DNA of 60,560 bases, counting the filler, from Candidatus Coatesbacteria bacterium (GTDB lineage Bacteria; JAFGND01): NCBI GenBank assembly GCA_016927185.1. It is 6 parts of 6 records of this genome, joined end to end, with 100 filler letters (N's around TTAATTAATTAA, not from the genome) between each part and the next. Parts side by side here need not be neighbours in the genome. Positions count along the whole stretch, not along the records: positions 11,987 to 24,726 come from JAFGND010000037.1; positions 24,827 to 35,194 come from JAFGND010000007.1; 4 more parts are not named here. One strand, 5' to 3'. This document shows positions 19,549-29,718 of this stretch, one piece after another. Positions within the stretch are counted from its first letter, which is position 1; every line of letters begins with the position of its first letter. A program made the translations under genes and the position numbers. Under the pieces are notes generated by a model that saw only the letters and a list, made by a program, of their open reading frames with translations, was not told the origin of the DNA and searched no databases.

Positions 19549-19998
19549 CTATTTTCTTTGTGCTGGTTCTACATTAAATTCTACCAGTTTTTTTGTTATT
19601 TCTTCATAAGACCAGAATCCCTGATGCGACTCAAGTATCTTTCCTTTGGGGTCTACAATGAATTGAGTAGGGATTAACCTGATTCCGGCAGACTGGCAAA
19701 GACCTTTGTTTTCACTTTTCCTGACATCAATGAAAGTCACATCCATTACTCCTGCATACTTTACTTTCAAGGAATCCATTACTGGAACCATCTGCTTGCA
19801 GGGAATACATGTTTCAGCACCAAAATCAATGAATTGGTATTTACCAGTAGCCTTGAATACAGTGGCTTCAGAACCATCCTTGTTTTCGCTTGTCTTGTCC
19901 TCTGTCTTCTGATCCATTGTTTTTGAGCCACCGCAACTGCAATCCGACAAATTAAAAGCGACAAGTAGCAAAGTCAATAAAAAATTAATCATCTTCAT
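19549..19998 (-). CDS. Exported thioredoxin-family protein
   Basis: Signal peptide with Cys; DFGAETCIPC; cis-Pro IPTQ; SD before ATG 19998. Confidence 0.88.
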   Translation of the reverse strand: MKMINFLLTLLLVAFNLSDCSCGGSKTMDQKTEDKTSENKDGSEATVFKATGKYQFIDFGAETCIPCKQMVPVMDSLKVKYAGVMDVTFIDVRKSENKGLCQSAGIRLIPTQFIVDPKGKILESHQGFWSYEEITKKLVEFNVEPAQRK

Positions 19999-20009
19999 TT
20001 CCCTCACCT

Positions 20010-20714
20010 TTATTTTACTAAGTTTGAATAAATGAAATAAATACCCGCAATTATTATCAGGACACCTGACACTTTCCTGAACGCATTTGCAGCTTTCATA
20101 TAATGCTTTTGATTTAACCAGCTTTCTACCAGCCCAGTGGAAGTACCTGCTACAAGTAGCGGAAGAATATGTCCCAGAGTAAATCCAAGCATCAGGAATA
20201 AACCATATAAAATCTCCTTCTGTATCGTTATCAAGGCAAGAACTGGAGCAACAAATGCAAAAGTGCAAGGACCTGATACTACACCATAACTCAATCCAAA
20301 GAATAATGCCCCTATATAACCTTTTCTTGAAGTAAGATTAGTGTTCCATGTGGGAAGATTAAATGGAAGAATATCAAGAAGATATATTCCCAGTATCATC
20401 AGAATTGTTCCGATAATTATTGGAATTAAACTGCCAACATCACCTGCTATTCTACCAATCGATGAAGTTATCAATCCCAGGCTGAATATGGTCAGAAATA
20501 TGCCAATACAGAATGTTAGAGATAATTTGAATGCAAAAGGTGTCTCCCTGCTTTCACTCATTGAACTTCCAACAAATCCTATTATCAAAGGAAGGCTGGC
20601 AAGATGACATGGAGAGAATATTACTGATAATATTCCCCAGATAAACAATCCTCCAAAAGCCATTGCAGGACTTGCACTTATCCAGATATTCATATTGTTA
20701 AGGAATTCTGTCAT
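20010..20714 (-). CDS. CcdA/DsbD-like transmembrane electron transporter
   Basis: FSPCHL and GPCTF Cys motifs; 6 TM segments. Confidence 0.9.
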   Translation of the reverse strand: MTEFLNNMNIWISASPAMAFGGLFIWGILSVIFSPCHLASLPLIIGFVGSSMSESRETPFAFKLSLTFCIGIFLTIFSLGLITSSIGRIAGDVGSLIPIIIGTILMILGIYLLDILPFNLPTWNTNLTSRKGYIGALFFGLSYGVVSGPCTFAFVAPVLALITIQKEILYGLFLMLGFTLGHILPLLVAGTSTGLVESWLNQKHYMKAANAFRKVSGVLIIIAGIYFIYSNLVK

Positions 20715-20715
20715 A

Positions 20716-20952
20716 TCAAGACTTTATCAATTTCAGCATTTCATCTACAGATAAAACCTTTCCACTTGCCTTCACTACTCCATCAATAATCAGAGCCGGA
20801 GTAAACGCTACTCCAAAAGACATTATCTGAGAAAGGTTTTCTATTTTTTCCACATTGATATCTGTCCTTCCTGACTTTTCCACTGCTTCCTGTACATTGG
20901 AATACATTTTCTTGCATTTGGGGCATCCTGGACCCAGCACCAATATTGTCAT
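20716..20952 (-). CDS. Small redox-active disulfide protein (thioredoxin_3 type)
   Basis: LGPGCPKC, TPALIIDG. Confidence 0.92.
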   Translation of the reverse strand: MTILVLGPGCPKCKKMYSNVQEAVEKSGRTDINVEKIENLSQIMSFGVAFTPALIIDGVVKASGKVLSVDEMLKLIKS

Positions 20953-20964
20953 TACATCTCCTTT

Positions 20965-22302
20965 CTAAGGGAAAAAAAATCCAAAAATCAAACCGCTTAT
21001 TGTTGAAAAAACCACTACGAGTATAATATAAACGAATGTTTTCCTGAAACCCATAATCGAATTTATTACTAACATACTTGGAAGGGATAATGCAGGTCCT
21101 GAAAGCAGAAGTGAAAGTGCAGGACCCTTACCCATGCCTGCGCCCATAAGTCCTTGCAATATAGGAATTTCTGTCAATGTTGCAAAATACATGAATGCCC
21201 CTAATATTGACGCAAGAAAATTAGATAAAATTGAATTTCCCCCTACAAGAGAAGAAATCCATTTCGAAGATATCATTGCTTCATGTCCAGGTCTTCCAAG
21301 CAGAAAGCCAGCAACCAGTACACCTCCAAACAGGAGAGGAAAAATCTGGATTGCAAAGTCCATTGTTACATCTATCCAGTCTCTTAATTCGCTTCTCGAA
21401 AACCATTTATATAAAACCATAGCAAGCATCAATATAGAAGCGATTGCAATATACCATCTTAATTTCCATATCGATGTATATATTCCTTCAACTGGTTGAA
21501 TATCAATAATTTGTGATCTTGATATTCTCTCGATCTTATCAACAGCAGAAGTTTTCAAGTTTATGTCTTGCGTAATATGTTTTATTTCATAGACTTCTTT
21601 ATCCTGGTTTATCAAAAGCGCCTGAAAGGTGTTTCCTGACAAGTCTTTGATATTCATCGTTTTTTGAGGAGCGAAATTTGCGAATACAAGAAAGATAATC
21701 ATGGATGCAAAAAAGATTACTTCCTGCACAAGACTTCTTTTGGGTTTTTCTATTTCTATTTCAGCAAAACCTTCTTTCTTGATTCTCTCCCTGTCTTCCT
21801 TTCCGAAAATAAGGGACATGCTTAATCCGATTATTACTGAAAAAACAACAGCACCTGCAGCTCTCGCAATTCCCAACTCCAGCCCCAGAATCCTTGCAGT
21901 AAGTATAATAGCCAGTACATTTATTGCAGGTCCTGAATACAAAAATGCTGTTGCAGGACCAATCCCTGCTCCTCTTGTGTAAATTCCTGCAAACAAAGGC
22001 ATGACAGTACAAGAGCAAACTGCAAGGATGGTTCCACTGATTGATGCGACACCATAGGAAAGTATCCTGTTTGCATTTACACCGAAATATTTAAGAACGG
22101 AAGCTTGTGATACGAAGAGGGATATGCCACCTGCAATGAAAAAAGCGGGAACCAGGCATAGCAGCACATGATCTCTTGCATATTCCTGAAGCATAAGCAG
22201 GGCTTCAAGCAAAGATTTTTGAAAAAGATTTCCACCTAATGGAAGAAAATACGCAGCAATAAAGACTGCAAGCATGAGCAGCAGCTTGTATTTTCTCTGC
22301 AT
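20965..22302 (-). CDS. ArsP-like (DUF318) permease
   Basis: HVLLCLVPAFFIAG, CSCTVMP, YFATLTE, GPALSLPSM. Confidence 0.9.
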   Translation of the reverse strand: MQRKYKLLLMLAVFIAAYFLPLGGNLFQKSLLEALLMLQEYARDHVLLCLVPAFFIAGGISLFVSQASVLKYFGVNANRILSYGVASISGTILAVCSCTVMPLFAGIYTRGAGIGPATAFLYSGPAINVLAIILTARILGLELGIARAAGAVVFSVIIGLSMSLIFGKEDRERIKKEGFAEIEIEKPKRSLVQEVIFFASMIIFLVFANFAPQKTMNIKDLSGNTFQALLINQDKEVYEIKHITQDINLKTSAVDKIERISRSQIIDIQPVEGIYTSIWKLRWYIAIASILMLAMVLYKWFSRSELRDWIDVTMDFAIQIFPLLFGGVLVAGFLLGRPGHEAMISSKWISSLVGGNSILSNFLASILGAFMYFATLTEIPILQGLMGAGMGKGPALSLLLSGPALSLPSMLVINSIMGFRKTFVYIILVVVFSTISGLIFGFFFP

Positions 22303-22305
22303 TTC

Positions 22306-22656
22306 CTACTCTTCAGATTCCTTGTTCTTTATTGCTTCAAGAGCGCAATCAATGAAATCAAGCATGCAAGGGATTTTCAGATGGTAGATTATCTTTTTGC
22401 CTTCCCTTCTGTCTTCAATTATTCCTGCATCACGCATCTGGGAGAGATGCCTGCTGATTGTCGAGATATCAGAACCGATATCTCCCTGAATGTGATCAAT
22501 GCAGTCTGGATTATCCTTGATGAGACATTGAAGTTCACATACGCATAAATCGCCTTTCTTGAGGATATCAAGTAGTTGAAGCCTTCCTGGATGAGCAATT
22601 GCCTTAATCACTCTTGCAAGCTTCTTGTAGTTCTTTTTTGGTTTTTTCATTTTCAT
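22306..22656 (-). CDS. ArsR/SmtB-family regulator
   Basis: KAIAHPGRL, LCVCEL, STISRHL; leads the ars/redox operon; start uncertain. Confidence 0.92.
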   Translation of the reverse strand: MKMKKPKKNYKKLARVIKAIAHPGRLQLLDILKKGDLCVCELQCLIKDNPDCIDHIQGDIGSDISTISRHLSQMRDAGIIEDRREGKKIIYHLKIPCMLDFIDCALEAIKNKESEE

Positions 22657-22800
22657 GTTTGCAAAATTGTGCAAATGATAAAATCTTGTCAAGGGATTTT
22701 AAAGGCAACTTAAAAATATCAGGAAAATTGTGCTTGACTTAAATGAATTTAAAAAAGACAAGTCTATTAAATCAAAGAAAAACTAAAAGAAAGGTATATC

Positions 22801-24171
22801 ATGTATAAATTGATGCTTGTAATTTTCATGATGGCTTCTTCAAGTCTTTTCTGCTGGGAGAAGACATTCGGCACAACAGGATATGATGCTGCAAATTGCG
22901 TAATAGAGACAACGGATCACGGTTATGCAATGTGCGGTTATATTTCCGGCTCCTATCTTGCAGACATCTATCTCGTAAAAACAGATGCAAACGGCAACAA
23001 GTTGTTCGAGAAAACCTATGCATATACAATGCATGAGGATTGCGGAAACTTCATTCAGGAAACTGCTGATCTGGGTTTCATAATCTGCGGATATACTGGT
23101 AATGCAAAAGCTCTCTTCTATATCAGCCTCATCAAGACTGATTCTTCTGGAAACCTTACATGGAGCAGGCAATTGGGAAGGAATTACAATGACTACTGCT
23201 ACGGGAATTGCGTCAGGGAGTTGAGTGATGGTTACATAATTTGTGGAAAGATAACGCAGATTTATACGGAAAGTTATGTTTACCTTGTAAAGACCGATCT
23301 TCAGGGTAATACTATCTGGTCGAAAGTTTTTGACAAGGGAAGCAATGCTGTTGGCAATTCAATACAGCTTACTAATGATGGAGGTTTCATTATATGCGGA
23401 ACCGGTTATAACAGTTCAACTAACAGTAATGATATTTACCTAATAAAAACCGACTCATCAGGCAACAAGATCTGGGACTATTGCTATGGAGGCAACGGTA
23501 TCAATGATGCAGGCTTTGGAGTTCAGCAGACATCAGATAATGGTTATATTATTTGTGGATGTACTGATTCCAGTACAAAAGTGAGGGATGCAGCAATAAT
23601 AAAAGTCAACTCAAGCGGGGCATATGTCTGGGGTAGTCTTATCGGTGGAAATGACCTTGATGAAGCTCATTCCATCCAGATTGCGAGTGACGGATATGTA
23701 TTATGCGGGATTACGAAATCTTATGGTGCAGGAGCAACTGATGTATATCTTTTCAAGACTGATTTTTCAGGAAATCTCAGATGGCAAAAGACTTATGGAG
23801 GAAGCAATGAAGATTATGGTTATTATTCTGAGATTACCTATGACAATAGATATATAATGGCAGGAGTAACTTATTCATATGGTTCGGGTTATGCTGATTG
23901 TTATCTAGTGAAACATGATGAACAGACAGGTTTTACAGATTACAAGTCAAATTTTAAACTCCCAATGCAATCCTTCACTGCCAATCCTAACCCCTTCTCA
24001 TCCCGCTTGTCTCTCTCCCTCCCATCATCAGGAGCAGTCTATTCTCTTACTGGTCAGCTAATCATGAACCTTCCCAAAGGCAAACACTCTGTTGACACAA
24101 GCAAATGGAGAGAAGGTGTTTATATTGTGAAGAGCGGGAAGGAAACAAAAAGGATAGTGAAGATTAGGTAA
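22801..24171 (+). CDS. Secreted repeat (beta-propeller-like) protein with short T9SS type A-like CTD
   Basis: Signal peptide; repeats T.DGG.IICG...D.YL.KTD..GN..W; NPNPF...GVYIVK tail. Confidence 0.88.
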   Translation: MYKLMLVIFMMASSSLFCWEKTFGTTGYDAANCVIETTDHGYAMCGYISGSYLADIYLVKTDANGNKLFEKTYAYTMHEDCGNFIQETADLGFIICGYTGNAKALFYISLIKTDSSGNLTWSRQLGRNYNDYCYGNCVRELSDGYIICGKITQIYTESYVYLVKTDLQGNTIWSKVFDKGSNAVGNSIQLTNDGGFIICGTGYNSSTNSNDIYLIKTDSSGNKIWDYCYGGNGINDAGFGVQQTSDNGYIICGCTDSSTKVRDAAIIKVNSSGAYVWGSLIGGNDLDEAHSIQIASDGYVLCGITKSYGAGATDVYLFKTDFSGNLRWQKTYGGSNEDYGYYSEITYDNRYIMAGVTYSYGSGYADCYLVKHDEQTGFTDYKSNFKLPMQSFTANPNPFSSRLSLSLPSSGAVYSLTGQLIMNLPKGKHSVDTSKWREGVYIVKSGKETKRIVKIR

Positions 24172-24203
24172 GGAGACAGATAGCAATAGTAAAGGAGCAT
24201 AGA

Positions 24204-24726
24204 ATGCGTATCTTTATAATGATTTTAGTAGGGTTTTCATTACTTTGGGGAGAACATTTCTGGTCAGATTGGAGAAGCAATTATAGACAGGATGGATTAT
24301 CTCCATTAATAGGTCCCAGGGATCCTAATTTTCTATGGGAATATGAATTTGGAACTGTTGGAAAAGAAAGTAAAAAGAATAATTTAGCTAATCCTTATTA
24401 TTCACCAGGTGCTACAGCTGTAATCTCATCAGATAGTACAGTATATGCTTTTAGTAATGAATGTCTGATGGCAATAAAGGATGATCAAGTGTTATGGAGA
24501 GAAACATTTAATAGTGATATGGATATGAATATAGTAATAGACAGTGAAGGGATATTATATTTTCCAGTAATCAATTCAAATCATCGATTAGTAGCATTTG
24601 ACCCAAAGGCTAGAATAATCTTGTGGTATTCAGAACAGAGCTGGGGAACAGGAACAAGGAATGTTACTTTAGGACCAGATAGTATCCTCTATGTTACATT
24701 CTATGATACAAGTTTCAGGGCAATAA
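24204..24726 (+). CDS. Secreted PQQ-like beta-propeller protein, truncated by contig end
   Basis: SD plus signal peptide; W-ending blade-like repeats. Confidence 0.6.
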
Positions 24727-24860
24727 NNNNNNNNNNNNNNNNNNNNNNNNNNNNNNNNNNNNNNNNNNNNTTAATTAATTAANNNNNNNNNNNNNNNNNN
24801 NNNNNNNNNNNNNNNNNNNNNNNNNNGCAAGGAGATATTAGAGAACTCTGTTTAAACATA

Positions 24861-24888
24861 GTGCAGGAATGATTTTCCTGCACTTTTT
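24861..24888 (+). terminator. Intrinsic terminator
   Basis: GTGCAGGAA-tgatt-TTCCTGCAC followed by TTTTT. Confidence 0.75.
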
Positions 24889-24889
24889 A

Positions 24890-24905
24890 TGGCATGCAAT
24901 TTGCT
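24890..24905 (+). promoter_or_regulatory. Sigma-54 promoter candidate for the DnaJ-like gene
   Basis: TGGCATGCAATTTGCT (GG-N10-GC). Confidence 0.6.
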
Positions 24906-24928
24906 AATTTTCTATCAGGAGGAAAAAC

Positions 24929-25858
24929 ATGGAAAAGAACTTCTATGAAGTTTTGGGCGTCAAACCTGACGTAAATGAAAAGGATCTGAAGAGAATTTAC
25001 AGGGATCTTGCAAAAACATGCCATCCTGACAGATGCAAAGGTAATAAAGAGATGGAAGAAAGATTCAAACTGATTTCAGAAGCTTATTCAGTGTTAAGCG
25101 ACAAGGAGCAGAGAAAGCATTATGATGAATATCTGAAAATGAGGAGAATGGGATTCAATGGCGGCTTCCAGGAATACAAAACTTATCTTGAACAAGGTGG
25201 AAGACCATTCAATGGAAATGAATCAAATGCTTATTTTGGTGGAGGAAATCCTTTTTATGGTGCCAATAATTTCAGGTCTTCACAAGGACAGGGAAGCGTA
25301 TTCAATATAGAAGATATATTAGGGGGTGACATTTTTTCCAGTTTGCTGGGTGGAAAAGGACAAAAACGTCAGAAAAGAAACCAGATGGTCTTCAGAATGG
25401 ACATACCTTTCTTGATTGCTGCAAAAGGTGGAGATATAAATTTCAATCTTCCGGAACCATTCAACCAGGAAGTAAAACTGAAGGTTCCTGCTGGAATTCT
25501 TGATGGAACTAAAATCAGACTCAAGAACAAGGGACTTGAACAGGTTCAGATAGAATTCTATTCAACTCCCCATCCCATTTTTATAAGAGATGGATATGAT
25601 ATCAGAAGTTCTGTTTATATAGACCTTTTCACTGCCTTACTTGGAGGCAAACAGAATGTCCAGACTATTTGGGGTAGTGCAAATCTAAACATACCAGAGG
25701 GAACTGAACCTGGAACTGTTCTCAGATTGAAGGGAATGGGAGTGAAACCTGTAAACAGACAGGCTGGAGATCATCTCGCAGAAATTAATGTAAGATTTCC
25801 CAAGAATCTTACTGAAAAGCAGAAAGAGATTCTGAGAAGCATTCAACAAGGTGGTTAA
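24929..25858 (+). CDS. DnaJ-class co-chaperone without Zn finger (CbpA-like)
   Basis: J-domain with HPD, G/F-rich linker, DnaJ C-terminal domain. Confidence 0.92.
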   Translation: MEKNFYEVLGVKPDVNEKDLKRIYRDLAKTCHPDRCKGNKEMEERFKLISEAYSVLSDKEQRKHYDEYLKMRRMGFNGGFQEYKTYLEQGGRPFNGNESNAYFGGGNPFYGANNFRSSQGQGSVFNIEDILGGDIFSSLLGGKGQKRQKRNQMVFRMDIPFLIAAKGGDINFNLPEPFNQEVKLKVPAGILDGTKIRLKNKGLEQVQIEFYSTPHPIFIRDGYDIRSSVYIDLFTALLGGKQNVQTIWGSANLNIPEGTEPGTVLRLKGMGVKPVNRQAGDHLAEINVRFPKNLTEKQKEILRSIQQGG

Positions 25859-25942
25859 AACTGAATTCCTTGAATGAAATAAGATTTTTCAGAAACATGT
25901 TTATCTTGACATTTAGGTCATCAAAAACAGACGAGTTTACTT

Positions 25943-26107
25943 ATGAAAAAGTATTCAAGCCCTGTTATAATATCTGAGAATGTCATGGAGAAAGTGACTC
26001 TTGCCTGTGAAGACCACAGCTATTATGTGAGGGCTACCTATCCTTGCTATGATCAGTTCATAGGCGTTGGGAAAGCCGATGCGAATTGCTATAAGCTAAA
26101 CAGTTAG
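25943..26107 (+). CDS. Unannotated 54-aa putative RiPP precursor (MKKYSSPVIISENVMEKVTLACEDHSYYVRATYPCYDQFIGVGKADANCYKLNS)
   Basis: YxxP leader motif followed by a Cys/Tyr-rich core; CTTGACA upstream; 12-nt convergent overlap with adk. Confidence 0.65.
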   Translation: MKKYSSPVIISENVMEKVTLACEDHSYYVRATYPCYDQFIGVGKADANCYKLNS

Positions 26108-26890
26108 TCCGATTTTTTCAAGGGAATCCAGCACACTTTTCTTTACATTTTCCTCGCTGAAATCTTCAAGATGACCTGTTACTTTTGCTATCGGGATATT
26201 ATTTTCCATAAGGAATTCCAGAGATTCAATTGTTTTTTCATAATATTCATTCAATCTTCTGCGAATTTTCTCTTCCATGTCATCTGCTCTCAGAACGACT
26301 TCAGCACCATCATTATAGCAGAATTTGCCATTCAGGGGAGGTTTGTAATCTATGTGATAAACAGTCTTGCATACTGGGCATATTCTCCTGCCAATTGTTC
26401 TCGAGATTATCCTCTCATCATCATTCTCCACAAGCAGAAGGAAACTAATGCTTGTCTTCATTTCACTGCAAAGATCAAGCAAGAACCTGCATTGAGATTT
26501 GGTTCTTGGATAACCATCAAGAACAAACATGCATGCATTTCCCTGCAAGAAATAATGCTTGAATACTGAATTAGTAATGTCATCTGGAACAAAAAGCCCT
26601 TGATAGCTATACCATTTGCTTCTCAATCCAAGCAGAAGTTCGTCCTTTTCAACTTCCTTGAAATCAGCTCCATGAAGTATTTTCATTGCTTCTTCATCAT
26701 CAAGAATAGTTTTTTCAGCATATTCTGTTATATCCTTTTCTATTCCAAGTTCATTGAAAGCTTTTATGCATGATCTGAACAGGTCTCCAGTAGAGAGCTG
26801 TTTCAGATTAAACAGATCCTTCAGAACGTCAATTCTTGGCTGCTTACCAGCACCTGATTTGCCCGTGACAATTACATTGCAAATATCCAT
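26096..26890 (-). CDS. adk: Adenylate kinase family protein
   Basis: GKSGAGK P-loop, LSTGDLFR, LDGYPRT, Zn-type lid CPVC...CYND. Confidence 0.88.
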   Translation of the reverse strand: MDICNVIVTGKSGAGKQPRIDVLKDLFNLKQLSTGDLFRSCIKAFNELGIEKDITEYAEKTILDDEEAMKILHGADFKEVEKDELLLGLRSKWYSYQGLFVPDDITNSVFKHYFLQGNACMFVLDGYPRTKSQCRFLLDLCSEMKTSISFLLLVENDDERIISRTIGRRICPVCKTVYHIDYKPPLNGKFCYNDGAEVVLRADDMEEKIRRRLNEYYEKTIESLEFLMENNIPIAKVTGHLEDFSEENVKKSVLDSLEKIGLTV

Positions 26891-27003
26891 ATTCACCTTC
26901 TTTTGTTCTTGTTTATCTCGAATTTTCATAGAAATTTGGCAATATCTTTTTGCACTAAAGAGTATTGACTTAGTTTTGCTTATATGAATATTCAAGCAAG
27001 AAT

Positions 27004-27534
27004 ATGATAGAAAACTTTATGAAAGGGATTTTCATTCTGGCAGGTTTTGCCTTGTTTTTCTCTGGATGGAGGCTGTATCCTTTCCTTATATATGGAATAA
27101 GCATATATACATTATGGTCATTGCTTGGCAAGTTTTCTTTTCTAAATATATCAACATGGTTAAAGGTTTTGATATCCTTTATAGGTGGATCAATTTTGTC
27201 TTTGATGCTTGCTTTTTTCAACAAGATAGCATCATTCACTATTGGTTTTCTGACTGGTTTTATATTGTTTCCATCTTTGAATTTGATTCAACCTGAAACA
27301 TTTTTTTTCTGGATTATCAGAATAATACTATCAATAATATTGGGGATATTGTTACTCAGGAATTTAAAGTACTTCGTAATGGGCTTGACAGGTTTTTGGG
27401 GCAGTTATTTATTGCTCTCACCATTTGGATATGAGAAACATTCATATATTCTCTTTATTTTATCAGCAATCAGCTTCATTTTTCAGTTTACCTGGAAGCG
27501 AATCAGGGATAGGAAAAAGAAAATTGCTGAATAG
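27004..27534 (+). CDS. Polytopic membrane protein
   Basis: ~6 TM segments. Confidence 0.75.
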   Translation: MIENFMKGIFILAGFALFFSGWRLYPFLIYGISIYTLWSLLGKFSFLNISTWLKVLISFIGGSILSLMLAFFNKIASFTIGFLTGFILFPSLNLIQPETFFFWIIRIILSIILGILLLRNLKYFVMGLTGFWGSYLLLSPFGYEKHSYILFILSAISFIFQFTWKRIRDRKKKIAE

Positions 27535-28825
27535 GATTTTATGCATATTTTCTGCAATACTGACAGGGATAATCACCTTCCTTTATCCTTATCATATCTC
27601 TTTGGTATTGCTGGCAATCCTGTGCATCTATCTCTTATATCATAAACCTGTCTATTTCCTTTATCTATCTTTCATATTGTTTCCTCTTGAGGAAGTAAAA
27701 TATGGAGGTTTCAGTTTTTCAAAATATGGTGGGGTTCTTTTTCTGACTGCATACATTATATTCAAGATAAGAAGCAGGGAAAGATTCCTTGAAATACCAT
27801 CTTCAATAATTTTGACACTATCACTTTTCATTGCATTCACAATGTTCTCTCTTCAATTAAGTTACAATCTTGACTATTCTGCCATAGGCTTCATAAGACT
27901 TCTTATAATGGCAGGTTTTGCAATTGCAACAGCTGATATATTATCTCGAACAAGGGACTTCAAGGGAGTTGCCCTGTCATGGTTTATTCCAGCTATATTC
28001 TGGGCTGCATTGGGAGTATTCCAGTCAAAAACCGGAAATACCATTGCAAGTCTGGGATTTGATCCAAACTGGGAAACTTTTATTGAGATAGAAGATAGCT
28101 TGAGGGCATCAGGTCCTTTCAGCCATCCTAATTATTTTGCATTATATCTTCTGGTTGCATTTGCATCAGGCATTTATTTATCAGTTTTTTTGAAAACCAA
28201 ACTTAAGTATATAATTCTTCTTGGTTTAATAGTGATTCTTGCTGGTATATATTACAGTATGGCAAGAAGTGTTTTCTATGGAATGGCAGTTTTCCTTGTC
28301 CTCTGGCTATATAGAAAAATCTGGCCTTTGCTTCTTATCGGAGTTATAATAGGATATACAATAATCATGACTTTGGATATTGATGAAGCCTACAGTGGAG
28401 AAAAACCCAGAGGATATTCAAGAGTTTCAAGAAAAGCAGCATTGATTTCAGGTTTCAATATGATAAAGTCCAATCCAATAAGAGGAGTTGGCTGGCTTTC
28501 ATTCAAGGATTATTATCTCAAATATTCATCAGCCAAGTCTAGATTACTCCGCTGGGGAACGATAATGGGACATAACATGTTTCTTGAAACAGCTTCTGAA
28601 AGCGGAATTCCTGCATTATTGTCACTAATAGTCTTGTTAGGGCTTATTTTCCATTATTCAGGAAAAGCGTCTTTTGAAAACTGGTTATGGGCATCATTAT
28701 TAGCAGGGATACTCGTTTTCGGGCTTTTCAATCCTCTCATTCTGAAGAAAACCTTCTGGATACCGATGGCACTTGCAATAAGATCAGGATTAAAAAAGGA
28801 GAACAATACTTATGCTTTTTGTTGA
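27524..28825 (+). CDS. O-antigen ligase family protein
   Basis: RASGPFSHPNYFA, SMARS, PIRGVG, GHNMFLETASESG; TTG start inferred. Confidence 0.85.
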   Translation: MLNRILCIFSAILTGIITFLYPYHISLVLLAILCIYLLYHKPVYFLYLSFILFPLEEVKYGGFSFSKYGGVLFLTAYIIFKIRSRERFLEIPSSIILTLSLFIAFTMFSLQLSYNLDYSAIGFIRLLIMAGFAIATADILSRTRDFKGVALSWFIPAIFWAALGVFQSKTGNTIASLGFDPNWETFIEIEDSLRASGPFSHPNYFALYLLVAFASGIYLSVFLKTKLKYIILLGLIVILAGIYYSMARSVFYGMAVFLVLWLYRKIWPLLLIGVIIGYTIIMTLDIDEAYSGEKPRGYSRVSRKAALISGFNMIKSNPIRGVGWLSFKDYYLKYSSAKSRLLRWGTIMGHNMFLETASESGIPALLSLIVLLGLIFHYSGKASFENWLWASLLAGILVFGLFNPLILKKTFWIPMALAIRSGLKKENNTYAFC

Positions 28826-29717
28826 AAAGGAAACCTTCAAGAATTTCGCTGTCCCTGATGAATATTTCTCATTACTTCTGGAGGATTGTGAGAATTATCT
28901 AATCAAGGAGTTCCCATTCAAGATTTGTGATATTGAAGTCAATCTCCTGTCCATATGGGGAACTGAATCGCATAAGTTACTGAAGGATACGTATTCATCA
29001 TACTGCATGAAACAGAAATCTCCTGCCTGTTTTCCTTTATATATTCATATAGACAGGGAGTTAAAAATAAAGCATGAGGATTTCCAGAGCATTTGTGAAT
29101 TCTCAGATGAAAGTGTTTTCTATTATGTCAGATGGGATTTCATATTAAAGCTTGATCTGAAGGAGGAAATTGGTCAGCTTGTTATTTGCCAGCAGAATCT
29201 TGAAGAAAAGGGTGAAGCTGATAATCTAGCAGTATTCAATGAGATAATAGACAAAATAATGCATCTTCTTTACAGCCTGATAATAATCAAGAATAAAGGT
29301 TTCTTGATAAAAGGTTGTGGGCTTGTTCACGCTAATCAGGGAATTCTGGTATTGAATGCAGACAAGAATCTATCGAAGAACTTTGCTCAGCATGAAAACA
29401 TTATGCTGTTTTCAAAAAACCTGCTTGGTGTCAGATTGATAGAAGATTCTCATTATCTTTTCAGCACTCCCTTCGGTCTCATGTCAGCTAGTGATACTCA
29501 TTCATACAGTAAATTACCATTGACCTATATTTATTACAACAAGCCGGATAATGCGGAAGATGATTTGCCTCCATTCGAAAGGCTTTTGAAGAATGTATAT
29601 TTCATTTCCCAGTCAAGGTCTTTCAAGGAGATGGTTTTGGAGAATGTAATCAGCTGCTGCAATGAAGTTACTTTTACGGACAATCTCTCTGAAACTCCCT
29701 TGATAGATTTATTTTAA
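28812..29717 (+). CDS. HprK-related kinase-like protein lacking the catalytic His and Walker A
   Basis: RWDF...YSLIIIKNKGFLIKGCGLV...LGVRL...LFSTPFG...LPL...LLKNV follows the HprK-related scaffold, but there is no GxxGxGKS/T. Confidence 0.5.
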   Translation: MLFVEKETFKNFAVPDEYFSLLLEDCENYLIKEFPFKICDIEVNLLSIWGTESHKLLKDTYSSYCMKQKSPACFPLYIHIDRELKIKHEDFQSICEFSDESVFYYVRWDFILKLDLKEEIGQLVICQQNLEEKGEADNLAVFNEIIDKIMHLLYSLIIIKNKGFLIKGCGLVHANQGILVLNADKNLSKNFAQHENIMLFSKNLLGVRLIEDSHYLFSTPFGLMSASDTHSYSKLPLTYIYYNKPDNAEDDLPPFERLLKNVYFISQSRSFKEMVLENVISCCNEVTFTDNLSETPLIDLF

Positions 29718-29718
29718 A

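Noticed and set aside
19999-20268. Cys-rich N-terminal extension of the thioredoxin ORF (track start 20268)
   Set aside because: It overlaps ccdA in another frame; the SD and signal peptide point to ATG 19998.
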